DNA of 38,549 nt. Source: a virus. The position numbers were made by a program, and so were the translations under genes. The notes beneath the pieces are model-generated. The model saw nothing but the letters and a program-made list of their open reading frames with translations, searched no databases and had not been told where the DNA came from. The stretch is taken from positions 1 through 38,549 of the IMG/VR virus record IMGVR_UViG_3300028594_000085. The stretch is one strand, 5' to 3'. Shown one piece after another: positions 7,289 through 15,359 of this stretch. Position 1 is the stretch's first letter; the number at the start of each line of letters is the position of its first letter.

Positions 7289-7510
7289 TTACTTGAGTAC
7301 GCCTCTCTTTTTTAGTCTGTCAAAATAAAGTTTCAAGCCTTCCGAATTCGTGGCGTCGATCATTTCTTCAGCTGTTTCCAAGTGCCCAAAATGATCATTT
7401 AAAAAATCTATTGATATACCTCCTGGAACCCACCTTCCATTAATTTTAACTGCATAAGGGTTGTGCGCCATCCCCGCTTCAGTTTCTGTTAGCAGTTCAT
7501 AGAAGTCCAT
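7289..7510 (-). CDS. Hypothetical 73-aa protein (low-GC insert between Dit and Tal)
   Basis: The ATG at 7510 shares one base with the upstream stop (TAATG), with GGGGGTGAG as SD. The track start at 7525 lies inside that SD, so it is less likely. Confidence 0.6.
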   Translation of the reverse strand: MDFYELLTETEAGMAHNPYAVKINGRWVPGGISIDFLNDHFGHLETAEEMIDATNSEGLKLYFDRLKKRGVLK

Positions 7511-8046
7511 TATCTCACCCCCCATAATGCCAAGGTATAGACTTTATCGTCTGCACTAAGGTTCTGCAAGCCTATCCCCACGTTGTCTCCCATCACATCT
7601 GTGTGGTCTGTCACTGCGCGGTAGTCATTATCTACTTCTTTCATAGGTTCAAATCCGTAAAGCGCGGTGTTTAAGCTTTGGCTGTAGAAACCTAAAAGTA
7701 TCCTGAATTTATGCCTACTGTTATTTTTTTCTCTTGCAGCCGCAAACAATCGACTGTTACTGATGTCATGTCTAATAATATTATAGCTATGACTTCCCGC
7801 TGTAAGAACAATATTATCGGCCGTTCCAAGCTCTTCTATACTCCCAGTTACCTGAGTATGGGCTGCACCTTCTGGAGTTCCTTTTTGTGGTACCCAGATC
7901 CCGCTGTCTGTCATTACATGGTTCCCTGTAAACTGGACGCCCTGCTGCCCTCGCAGGTCCTCGTATCGGTCTGCTGATTCGTTGTAATACTGCGGTATCA
8001 AATCGCCGTTGCTGTCCTCCAGCATTTTGCGTGTATTATATGCCAT
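7510..8046 (-). CDS. Hypothetical 178-aa protein (low-GC insert between Dit and Tal)
   Basis: Own SD (GGGAGTGAGG), 12 nt after the Dit stop. No family recognised by eye. Confidence 0.65.
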   Translation of the reverse strand: MAYNTRKMLEDSNGDLIPQYYNESADRYEDLRGQQGVQFTGNHVMTDSGIWVPQKGTPEGAAHTQVTGSIEELGTADNIVLTAGSHSYNIIRHDISNSRLFAAAREKNNSRHKFRILLGFYSQSLNTALYGFEPMKEVDNDYRAVTDHTDVMGDNVGIGLQNLSADDKVYTLALWGVR

Positions 8047-8058
8047 TTCCTCACTCCC

Positions 8059-8913
8059 TTAAAATTTAAATTTAAATTCAATCGTAATCGGGTTCGGGCG
8101 TTCCGAATCATCCATCTTACGCCTCGGCATGTTAGCCTGTACCGCTTTCCGCTGTCCGTTGGGGGAGCCGGATATTTCAAGGTCATTCCATCCATGCGCC
8201 AAGCTGATCAGTTTCTTGTTGGTGTCACGGTAGATAGACAGGCCGCTTTTAGTGGATCGAATACCATCAATGGTAAGCGTCTGATTTTCATTTGAGCTGC
8301 CGTTATACCGCCAAACGTCTCCAGTCGTAAGGTTGCGGATCTGCAGGTTGCTAGACTGCCCACGCATACTTATCCGTAAGTGGTCATGGATCGAGCGCGG
8401 ATCTATCGGCTTGCCTGGGTTGTACACCTGGAAGCGCGTCGCCCGTATATTCCTGTAATCATTCGGTCCGACTGGCAGGTCCAAGTGTCTATAAGTCACA
8501 GATTGGAGATTCGTTCCCAGTGATTCCGCATAGCCGGTGAAGGCCGTAAAAGCTACCTCAAAATTACCGTATACGTACGTCTGCGGGATCGTATAGCTGC
8601 TAGCCGTTTTAACCAGCCAGCGTTGTCCGGGTTTCCGTTTCTCGATTAAATAAAATGGCTCGGTTCCGCGGAAGATGTCAAACACCTCGTCGCGGATCCG
8701 TGCAAAGTCGATCGTGTCCTCGGCATCAAATTTAAAGAGGCAAGTGATTTCCCGCGGGCCTTCCTCGGTTCCTAAATCTACAAGACCGGGCATGCCGGGG
8801 ATGGGTTCCATCGTGTGCTCGGGTGCAGGTGAGCCTACGATGAAGTCCTTTGTGCGGATGCCGTACTGGTCTAAATCTATGCTGCTGCCGTCTAGTTTCT
8901 GGACTAATGTCAT
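8059..8913 (-). CDS. Distal tail protein (Dit, siphovirus tail component family)
   Basis: 284 aa, directly after the tape measure gene. Its N-terminus resembles the phage tail family typical of Dit. Confidence 0.8.
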   Translation of the reverse strand: MTLVQKLDGSSIDLDQYGIRTKDFIVGSPAPEHTMEPIPGMPGLVDLGTEEGPREITCLFKFDAEDTIDFARIRDEVFDIFRGTEPFYLIEKRKPGQRWLVKTASSYTIPQTYVYGNFEVAFTAFTGYAESLGTNLQSVTYRHLDLPVGPNDYRNIRATRFQVYNPGKPIDPRSIHDHLRISMRGQSSNLQIRNLTTGDVWRYNGSSNENQTLTIDGIRSTKSGLSIYRDTNKKLISLAHGWNDLEISGSPNGQRKAVQANMPRRKMDDSERPNPITIEFKFKF

Positions 8914-8917
8914 AGGC

Positions 8918-11647
8918 TTACCTTTCTCCTCTCATATATGCTTCTAAGTCCATTCTCGCCTCCAGGTCTAAGTCCAGTGGATCCATAATCGCATTTAGAA
9001 TTTCCTCGCCTTCCACCTGGACGCTGACCGGGCGGGACGCAAGTTTTTCTATTGCCCTTGCCAGGTTCGCCAGCTGCCCGATATTCTGCTGCGGTGCTGG
9101 TGTGATTCGAGAGCCCGGAGCGATCCGAGGTACGTCCAGCATGGCATTAAGTTTCGCCTGAATGTCTGGTATCGCGCTATCAATCGAGTCGCTGATCGGG
9201 CCTTCAAAATTAAGCTTATGAATATCAGTTAACGGGCCTTCTTTAGCTGGAGAAAACGGGAGGAAGTCCCTAATTTTCCCGGCCACGTCGCTGATTGCTC
9301 CTGTGACTTTTCCGACGGCGTTCTTGATCCCGTCTGCAATACTGGTGACGATGTTCCGGCCAGCGTTGAAGAAGTCCTTGACTCGATCCGTTACTGCCCG
9401 CAATGCGCTTCGTATCCCATTTGACACTGCGTTTCTTACGCTGTTAAAGGCGTTCGACACGATGCCCCGCAGGGAATTAAAGATATTCGAGATGGTGTTT
9501 CGTATGCTGTTTACCACATTCGAGATCGTATTGCGGATGCCGTTCCAGATATTTGATATTGTACTCCGCACGCTGTTCATGACGTTTGATATCGTGTTCC
9601 GGATCGCATTAAAGACGTTAGTAATTGTATTTCTGATAGAATTGATGACGTTTGAAATAGTATTCCGGATATCATTAAAGACGTTTGAAATGGTATTCCG
9701 GATGTTATTAAAGATGTTTCTGGCCTGTTGATACAGGTTTGTGAAGAAATTGACGACTCCGTCAACAATACTTTTAACGAGATCAATCGCTCGCTTGAAT
9801 AAGTCCTTAAACCAGTCGACAATTGCATTGACCATATCCGGTATGATCGAGTTTCCGACCAGGGTCATATACAAGCCCTGGAAAAAATCAATGATCGACT
9901 GGACAAAGCCTTTTACAAAGTTAGCAAGCCCTTTAAAGATATTGATAAAGAAATCTACCGCTGACTGTCCGGCATCCTGCAAGAACTGGAACGCTCCCGC
10001 AAAGTCACCAGTAAAGAGCGCGACAACGGCATTGACTACATTGACGATAAAGTCCAGCAGGTTTACAAAAGCGTTTATCAGCGGGCCGATTGCCGCAATG
10101 ACTCCCGTAAAGACGCCAGTAATGACTCCGAAGACAGCCATAAAGGCTGCACCCACTAATTCAAGCAGCGGGATCAGGCTCTGCCAGAGGTTTTTCAGAC
10201 TGTCCATGATCGGACCGACCGAATCGAGAAGCGTCTGAAATGCCCCCCGTACCGTCGCCAGAAGGGGCTCGAAATGTCCAAAGACGTCGATTGCCTTTTC
10301 CTTGACCGTCTCCCAGTTTTGATAGAGTAAGACCCCTATGGCAATGAGTGACCCGATAATGGCGATCACGATTCCTACCGGTCCGGTCAGCGCACCAAAG
10401 ACGGCGCCTAACAGTTTCAGACTTCCCATAATCTGACCGACGGACGCGATAAGCGTTCCGAGGATGACTAATAGCGGTCCGATAGCAGCAGCTACCGCAC
10501 CGATAATAACTGTGATTGCGATAAACTCATCTGACAGGCTGTTAAACCAGTCTACTGCCTCTTGTACAATGCCGATCACCGTCTCGATGGCCGGCTGCAG
10601 GGACTCCCATATACGGAGGGCGACCTCTTCCAGGGCTGACCGCAGCTGCAGCAGTTTCCCGGCTGTCGTATCTCCCATAATCGCGGCCATCTCTGCAGCA
10701 GCGCCTTCGGCATCATTTAAGCTGCCGGTAAAATCTCCCAGGTTTTCAGACCCGGCAGAGATAAGAGCAGACCAGCCGGAAACCGCCTGCGCCCCGAACA
10801 GCGTTTCAAGCGTTGCTGTTTTCTGCTGATCTGTCATTCCTTCCAGACCTTTTTCAAGCTCTCCGATCACTTCCGGCATCGACTTCATTTGACCTTCAGC
10901 GTCGAAGATCTCCAGCCCAAGCTCGTCCATCAAGTCAGATACAGCAGAAGTAGGGGAGGCCAGGCGTAAAAGACCAGCTCGCAGGACAGTACCTGCTTGT
11001 CCACCGGCGATACCTGCATCTCCCAGGACCCCGACGGCTGCTGCGGTTTCTTCTACGGATATTCCGAGGGCAGCTGCTACAGGTGCGACGTATTTCATTG
11101 CCTCACCCATAGACTCGACCGTGGTATTAGAGTTAGCTGTCGCAGCTGCCAGGACGTCTGCTACTCGTCCAGCTTCGGCGGCTTCCATGCCAAACCCGGA
11201 TAGGATGTTTGACGCAATGTCAGCAGCGACGCCTAAGTCAGCGCCGGACGCTGCAGCCAGGTCAAGCAGCCCTGGCATGGCTTCCATGACCTCGTTTGCA
11301 CTAAAGCCCGCACGCGCGAGAAACTCCATCCCTTCCGCGGCTTGGAGCGCCGAGAATTTAGTGGTAGCCCCAAGCTCCCGGGCCTGTGCTTCCATAGCAT
11401 CCATCTCTTCGGCTGTTGCCCCTGATACGGCAGCAACCCTCGCCATACCACTCTCGAAGTCCATCCCGAGCTTGACAGCGAAACCAGCTGCGGCCGTCAG
11501 GGGAACGGTAAGGCTTTTTGATAGGGTCTTACCGACGTCTTTGACACCGTCACCGGCTGACTTTAATTTATTCTGTAGATCGGACAGGCCTTTTTCCAGG
11601 CCCTTGTCATTTAACTCTGAATCTATGACGACTCTTCCATCTGACAA
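8918..11647 (-). CDS. Tail tape measure protein (TP901-family core)
   Basis: 909 aa. Core motif MARVAAVSGAT..ELGATTKFSA..AAEGMEFLARAGF, glycine-rich TM-like central region, and nine tandem 11-aa repeats (IRNTISNVxNx) near the C-terminus. TTG start with GGGGGTGA SD. Confidence 0.9.
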   Translation of the reverse strand: MSDGRVVIDSELNDKGLEKGLSDLQNKLKSAGDGVKDVGKTLSKSLTVPLTAAAGFAVKLGMDFESGMARVAAVSGATAEEMDAMEAQARELGATTKFSALQAAEGMEFLARAGFSANEVMEAMPGLLDLAAASGADLGVAADIASNILSGFGMEAAEAGRVADVLAAATANSNTTVESMGEAMKYVAPVAAALGISVEETAAAVGVLGDAGIAGGQAGTVLRAGLLRLASPTSAVSDLMDELGLEIFDAEGQMKSMPEVIGELEKGLEGMTDQQKTATLETLFGAQAVSGWSALISAGSENLGDFTGSLNDAEGAAAEMAAIMGDTTAGKLLQLRSALEEVALRIWESLQPAIETVIGIVQEAVDWFNSLSDEFIAITVIIGAVAAAIGPLLVILGTLIASVGQIMGSLKLLGAVFGALTGPVGIVIAIIGSLIAIGVLLYQNWETVKEKAIDVFGHFEPLLATVRGAFQTLLDSVGPIMDSLKNLWQSLIPLLELVGAAFMAVFGVITGVFTGVIAAIGPLINAFVNLLDFIVNVVNAVVALFTGDFAGAFQFLQDAGQSAVDFFINIFKGLANFVKGFVQSIIDFFQGLYMTLVGNSIIPDMVNAIVDWFKDLFKRAIDLVKSIVDGVVNFFTNLYQQARNIFNNIRNTISNVFNDIRNTISNVINSIRNTITNVFNAIRNTISNVMNSVRSTISNIWNGIRNTISNVVNSIRNTISNIFNSLRGIVSNAFNSVRNAVSNGIRSALRAVTDRVKDFFNAGRNIVTSIADGIKNAVGKVTGAISDVAGKIRDFLPFSPAKEGPLTDIHKLNFEGPISDSIDSAIPDIQAKLNAMLDVPRIAPGSRITPAPQQNIGQLANLARAIEKLASRPVSVQVEGEEILNAIMDPLDLDLEARMDLEAYMRGER
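9410..9725 (-). repeat. Nine tandem 33-nt (11-aa) coding repeats inside the tape measure gene
   Basis: Protein repeats NIRNTISNVFN / DIRNTISNVIN / SIRNTITNVFN and so on, read directly from the translation. Confidence 0.85.
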
Positions 11648-11656
11648 TACATTTCA

Positions 11657-11676
11657 CCCCCATTGTAAAATGGGGG
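11657..11676 (-). promoter_or_regulatory. Hairpin overlapping the tape measure SD
   Basis: Minus-strand RNA ccccca-uuuuacaa-uggggg (6 bp, 5 of them G-C). The 3' arm forms most of the GGGGGUGA SD of the TTG start at 11647. Confidence 0.5.
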
Positions 11677-11688
11677 CTCAATGGCTCT

Positions 11689-11802
11689 CTATTTTTTGTA
11701 TGAATTCAAGGTGCGGCATCGAGGGCATTTAATCTCCGCCTCACCTTTTACTTTCCCCAGCAGCTTGTTACAGCTTTTGCACCGGGCTTCCTCCAGTTTC
11801 AT
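11689..11802 (-). CDS. com: Mu Com-like zinc-ribbon protein (37 aa), absent from the ORF track
   Basis: Translation is MKLEEARCKSCNKLLGKVKGEAEIKCPRCRTLNSYKK. The pattern RCKxCNKLL...EI(K/R)CPRC matches the phage Mu Com zinc finger. The ATG overlaps the upstream stop (ATGA at 11799-11802). Confidence 0.7.
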   Translation of the reverse strand: MKLEEARCKSCNKLLGKVKGEAEIKCPRCRTLNSYKK

Positions 11803-12413
11803 TGCTTGCCACCACCTTTTGCAAACGTGCTGGCTACAGCATCCAGAGTATTTTCAAGCGTTTCTTGTTTCTCTTCCGGATCCTCCAGGGAGTGCAGCTG
11901 TTTCATTTTAATCACGTGGTTGCGGTATTCTTCCGTCGCCTGTTTTCCAGACGGGACTTTCATTGTCCGGTAACCAACAGCCTTTTTAAAGGCAGTGGAG
12001 TCTGATAGGTTGGTTAATAGGGCCATAAACTGACTCCACTGCAGCTGCCCCTGGACCTTAAATAAATCTATCTGATACTCGGAAAGAAAAGACGCGTAGA
12101 TCATCCCCGCATCTTTCTTCCAGTCCATTATTTTCTTTTTTGGTTGATCCTCATCTGTTTGCTTCTCCGGATCTAAAAACTCTTTCTGAATAAAATAGAA
12201 AAGCTCCAGCTGGTACTCAAATTCAAGCTGCATTATTTCCTCATGGTCAATAATCAGCATTTTAAGGGCCGTAGAGATCTTTTCATAGGCGTTAAACATA
12301 TCGTCCTCGAAAAGCTCAAAGAGCCGCAGGACGTTATCGTATGCTAAATTTAGGCGTATCTCCTGGCCGTCGAGTTCAAAACTACTCTCGGGAGGACGGG
12401 AGAGCGTTAGCAT
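11799..12413 (-). CDS. Gp15-like tail assembly protein (second chaperone-position gene)
   Basis: 204 aa between the chaperone and tape measure genes. The sequence is of the type annotated as bacteriophage Gp15 in Listeria and Bacillus siphoviruses. Confidence 0.6.
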   Translation of the reverse strand: MLTLSRPPESSFELDGQEIRLNLAYDNVLRLFELFEDDMFNAYEKISTALKMLIIDHEEIMQLEFEYQLELFYFIQKEFLDPEKQTDEDQPKKKIMDWKKDAGMIYASFLSEYQIDLFKVQGQLQWSQFMALLTNLSDSTAFKKAVGYRTMKVPSGKQATEEYRNHVIKMKQLHSLEDPEEKQETLENTLDAVASTFAKGGGKQ

Positions 12414-12801
12414 TTACTTTCAGCCCTGTATATTTTTTGAGTTGGTCAGCCCGAATACTTTCTGCTTTTTCCTTAATCGGTTCCGCCAGGAAATAAACCA
12501 TATCGACCATATTCAGCAGGGAGTTTCCGGACTCTTTATAAAGCCTCTCAAATTCCCCATCCCCAAGCATTAAGTCTACAAAGTCTTTGACCAGTTTCCG
12601 CATCTCCAGGAACATCTCATTCTGTTCTTTTGCGGATAGATCTTTGACATCTTTCTTCTGTAAGTCCTGGGTTTTCAAAAAGAACTGTTCAAATTCTCGG
12701 TTGTATTCCATTACTTTTTCGTCTGAAAAGTCTAGTGTGTAGGTCTTGCCTGCAATTTCTATGTCTTCCGTTTTCGTCTGAAACTCAAATTTTCTAGTCA
12801 T
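12382..12801 (-). CDS. Tail assembly chaperone
   Basis: Sits between the major tail protein and tape measure genes. The ATG at 12801 has GGAGG 7 nt upstream; the track start at 12816 lies within that SD. Confidence 0.65.
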   Translation of the reverse strand: MTRKFEFQTKTEDIEIAGKTYTLDFSDEKVMEYNREFEQFFLKTQDLQKKDVKDLSAKEQNEMFLEMRKLVKDFVDLMLGDGEFERLYKESGNSLLNMVDMVYFLAEPIKEKAESIRADQLKKYTGLKVNANALPSSRE

Positions 12802-12823
12802 GGTAATCCTCCTCATAATTTAA

Positions 12824-12848
12824 AGAGGGAAGGGGTTCCCGACCCTCT
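12824..12848 (-). terminator. Weak attenuator-like hairpin after the major tail protein gene
   Basis: 6-bp stem agaggg/ccctct with a GC-rich interior. Followed on the minus strand by UUUAAAUU. Confidence 0.3.
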
Positions 12849-12856
12849 GCATGGTT

Positions 12857-13363
12857 TTATTCTGCTTTCTGCTCTTCGAGCTGACGCGTTGCGGTCTGTG
12901 TGCTTGCTGTGCTTGTCCCGCTGATTCCATTGCCGGCTGTAAATTCCGGCTTACCGTTAAAGTGGATCTCGAAGCCGATCTCGCCTTTCGCTCCAGCTTC
13001 TCCGCCTGGTCCTGTAATAGCTGCAATAGTGACAGGCCCCTCATAAGAAGATCCGTCAGGAAGCGTCCAGCGGAAAGTTGTGCGGCGGGCAGGTCCCGGC
13101 TCTAATAAGAGTCCGAAAATATAATCTTGTGCTGCATCCCCGTATTTCCGGTGACCAGAAAACGTAAGCACCAGTTGCGCGCCGATAACGTCTGTCTCTG
13201 CAAAGCCTTCCCCGTCAAAATACCGGTCCTGGGCTGTCTCGTCGTTTGGATCTGGTTCCATGCTCGTAATACCAGCGCCCAGGCGCACAAAATTTTCATC
13301 GCCGGTTCCCGGAGATGTATTCAGTTCTAATAAGTGTTTCGACTGCAAAAGAAATTCTGCCAT
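12857..13363 (-). CDS. Major tail (tube) protein
   Basis: 168 aa, positioned upstream of the chaperones. Beta-rich sequence of the type seen in phi13 / TP901-1-like major tail proteins. Confidence 0.8.
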   Translation of the reverse strand: MAEFLLQSKHLLELNTSPGTGDENFVRLGAGITSMEPDPNDETAQDRYFDGEGFAETDVIGAQLVLTFSGHRKYGDAAQDYIFGLLLEPGPARRTTFRWTLPDGSSYEGPVTIAAITGPGGEAGAKGEIGFEIHFNGKPEFTAGNGISGTSTASTQTATRQLEEQKAE

Positions 13364-13366
13364 CGT

Positions 13367-13762
13367 TTACCTTCCTCCTTCTAATTCAGCCGTGAACATG
13401 GCTGTGTAGATAAATTCGTTGTGATCGGTTTCCTCCAGATAGTTTGGGTAGGTGTATACTTCACAACGGATAAAAACAAAACTGCCGTTCTCGCTTTTTA
13501 TCGCAGAGTTCGGCAGTCCGTCTAGTAACTCCGTAATCTCGTTTATAAGCCGTATCGCTTCAAACTGATTCGGGTCTTTTATTAAAATCTGAAAAGAGTA
13601 TTCATACGTCTTGCTGTTATCGAGCGACCGGGAGATCGGACTGGAGGGAGTGGGGCGGAGTGCTGCTGCCTGTTCTCCCTTGCCAAGTTTTCCGACGCTG
13701 AAAAACGACGGCATTTCTATCCGGTCCTCGATAAAATCTAGTAGGCGATCCAGGAAGTCCAA
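13367..13762 (-). CDS. Tail terminator / tail completion protein (minor capsid 2-like)
   Basis: 131 aa immediately upstream of the major tail protein gene. TTG start with AGAGAGG SD. Confidence 0.6.
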   Translation of the reverse strand: MDFLDRLLDFIEDRIEMPSFFSVGKLGKGEQAAALRPTPSSPISRSLDNSKTYEYSFQILIKDPNQFEAIRLINEITELLDGLPNSAIKSENGSFVFIRCEVYTYPNYLEETDHNEFIYTAMFTAELEGGR

Positions 13763-13790
13763 ACCATCCGCCTCTCTTTCTAAAAGTCAT

Positions 13791-14049
13791 TTACAACAAG
13801 TACAACAGAAACAACGTAATTCCTATATAGTCTAAATACACGTGTTATGCGTACACGTATACATGTACATACGCATATACTATATATTTATACTTACATA
13901 CTAATTATTGTTGTATCTGTAGTATATAGAGTAGTAACCCTTGGTGTGATAGGCTTTAAAGGTACTACAGACTGGCTTTTATTCTGTTGGATTGCGTTGT
14001 ATCTGTTGTATTCCTCTGAATTCAGATACTACAGACTTACAACAGAGTC
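13791..14049. repeat. Dispersed 259-nt noncoding repeat, copy A
   Basis: Hand-aligned to 25089-25347 at a constant offset of 11,298 nt: 13791-13823 (28/33), 13877-13942 (64/66), 13963-14049 (75/87). Contains TACTACAGA and ACAACAGA motifs and the palindrome TCTGAATTCAGA (14015-14026). Confidence 0.9.
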
Positions 14050-14066
14050 TGTTGTACTTTTTCGGG

Positions 14067-14432
14067 TTATTTCCCGTTAAAATATTGCTCGTAATTCTGC
14101 CGGACTTTGTCTAGCCAGAAACCTTTCCGGACAGCTTTCGCCTCCTCAAACCATAAGCCCCTGGCATAAGGGTTCTTGTCTGTCGAGAAATTATATTGCG
14201 GGTTGTAGTAAAGCCTCCGGGCGTATGGCGTGTCCCAGATGATCAGACCTTGACCAATCAGGCTGGATCGGATCCCGCTGCCTTCCAGCGTCCCGATCTG
14301 TTTCGGGATGTAGTTGTTGGAGTCTTTCAGGACGTCCTGGTCCAGCATCATCTGGGCAGCCCGTTTGGACTGGGTCCGCTTGGCGTCTAGCTTTGCCCGG
14401 TCAATATCAATCTGCATCTGAAACGTAAGCAT
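14067..14432 (-). CDS. Head-tail joining / neck protein (minor capsid protein-like)
   Basis: 121 aa within the connector block. The motif IWDTPYARRLYYNP..NPYARGLWFE resembles phage minor capsid / HK97 gp10-like neck proteins. Confidence 0.6.
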   Translation of the reverse strand: MLTFQMQIDIDRAKLDAKRTQSKRAAQMMLDQDVLKDSNNYIPKQIGTLEGSGIRSSLIGQGLIIWDTPYARRLYYNPQYNFSTDKNPYARGLWFEEAKAVRKGFWLDKVRQNYEQYFNGK

Positions 14433-14762
14433 TTAGATCAGCTCCAGTTCATAATGGTGCAGATCAAACGTATAGATCGGATTGATCTTGTTCACGGTCA
14501 TTGACTTGCCGTTAAAGGTGATCCTTGAGTTCTTGACAAACTCCACATCGGACGGCCTGGAGTGGACACAGTCAAAAAACAGGAGGGAGCTAAAAGCGAC
14601 CTGATCCGCCGTAGCTGACCGGCTGATATTGGAGACCGGCTGCACAAGTACATGCTCCAGCGTTACCGGTTCTTTAAACTCGTTCCCGTACCGGTCCCGT
14701 TCCGTGTACTCTTCGTACTCCACAGTGTGGATGAGAAGCTCTTTCGGCATCGGTTCAATCAT
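14433..14762 (-). CDS. Head closure / head-tail adaptor protein
   Basis: 109 aa, abutting both neighbours in the connector block. Confidence 0.55.
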   Translation of the reverse strand: MIEPMPKELLIHTVEYEEYTERDRYGNEFKEPVTLEHVLVQPVSNISRSATADQVAFSSLLFFDCVHSRPSDVEFVKNSRITFNGKSMTVNKINPIYTFDLHHYELELI

Positions 14763-15150
14763 TTACACTCACGCCCCGATAAAGCAGCCCTGTAGGCTCT
14801 AAATAGGCTAAAACAGCAGCGCTTGTCATTTGTTCTTCTCGGGATAGCTGATCAGCTCCAGCGCGGTCTGCGTACTGGAAGTTCCCAGCCCGCACAGAGC
14901 CGAAATTCCCGCCGCCCTGGGCGCGCCTCTCGCCATTCGTGACTAAATACTCCAGTTGGGCAGCAGTCGCTTTCTTGACCTGCTTCTGGACAAAATCAGA
15001 GAAGGCATCCAGCCCATGAATGGACACCAGGTGATCGGTCAGCATATCCACAATCTCGCTGGACCTTTTTGCTAAACGACTAAAGGAGTCCGCTGGAACC
15101 TGGACTCCTTCATACTCATTTTTATAATATTCTTCTGTGATATAAGGCAT
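14755..15150 (-). CDS. Head-tail connector protein (gp6-like)
   Basis: 131 aa. The N-terminus YITEEYYKNEY... is typical of gp6-like DNA-packaging / connector proteins. First gene after the capsid genes. Confidence 0.65.
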   Translation of the reverse strand: MPYITEEYYKNEYEGVQVPADSFSRLAKRSSEIVDMLTDHLVSIHGLDAFSDFVQKQVKKATAAQLEYLVTNGERRAQGGGNFGSVRAGNFQYADRAGADQLSREEQMTSAAVLAYLEPTGLLYRGVSVND

Positions 15151-15164
15151 CAGCCTTCACCGCC

Positions 15165-15329
15165 TTATTTTTTGCTGTCGTCCTGCTTTCCGCCTTCTCC
15201 CTTTTTGGCTGCAGGTTTCTGCTTCGGTTTCAGTTGAGCCTCCGTGACTTCTTTATAGCCGATGGCTTTAAGCTCACGGATCCGGCCCCCATCATTCTCA
15301 CGTAGAATAACATTCTCTTTCTTTAACAT
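15165..15329 (-). CDS. Small basic protein (54 aa), absent from the ORF track
   Basis: Hand translation: MLKKENVILRENDGGRIRELKAIGYKEVTEAQLKPKQKPAAKKGEGGKQDDSKK. GAGGTG SD upstream. An in-frame TTG at 15335 is an alternative start. Confidence 0.55.
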   Translation of the reverse strand: MLKKENVILRENDGGRIRELKAIGYKEVTEAQLKPKQKPAAKKGEGGKQDDSKK

Positions 15330-15359
15330 AGCCAATGATATCACCTCATTTTATTGTTT

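Noticed and set aside
9410-9725. Regular 33-nt periodic repeats that could be mistaken for a CRISPR-like or satellite array
   Set aside because: There are no unique spacers. The period is exactly 11 codons, in frame, within the tape measure ORF (IRNTISNVxNx units).
9303-11732. Long plus-strand ORFs (9303-9731, 9741-10238, 10464-10829, 11121-11732) antisense to the tape measure gene
   Set aside because: Their products are low complexity (Ala/Ser/Pro or repeat mirror images). None has a recognisable SD, and they lie wholly inside a confidently identified gene. They are typical antisense shadows.
12382-12440. Canonical -1 programmed frameshift joining the two tail chaperone ORFs (G/GT-like), suggested by the A-run CAAAAAAT and the 32-nt overlap
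   Set aside because: The downstream ORF is in the +1 frame relative to the upstream one (12816-12413 = 403, remainder 1 on division by 3). An in-frame TAA lies immediately before its ATG, so a -1 slip on the A-run cannot fuse them.
12820-13330. Alternative-frame ORFs inside the major tail protein gene (12820-13044, 13102-13299, 12851-13105, 13127-13330)
   Set aside because: They are nested in a confidently placed structural gene, lack SDs and have skewed composition.
13791-14049. The two 259-nt copies as a template/variable repeat pair of a diversity-generating retroelement
   Set aside because: No reverse transcriptase gene is present. Both copies are noncoding, and their differences are not adenine-specific.
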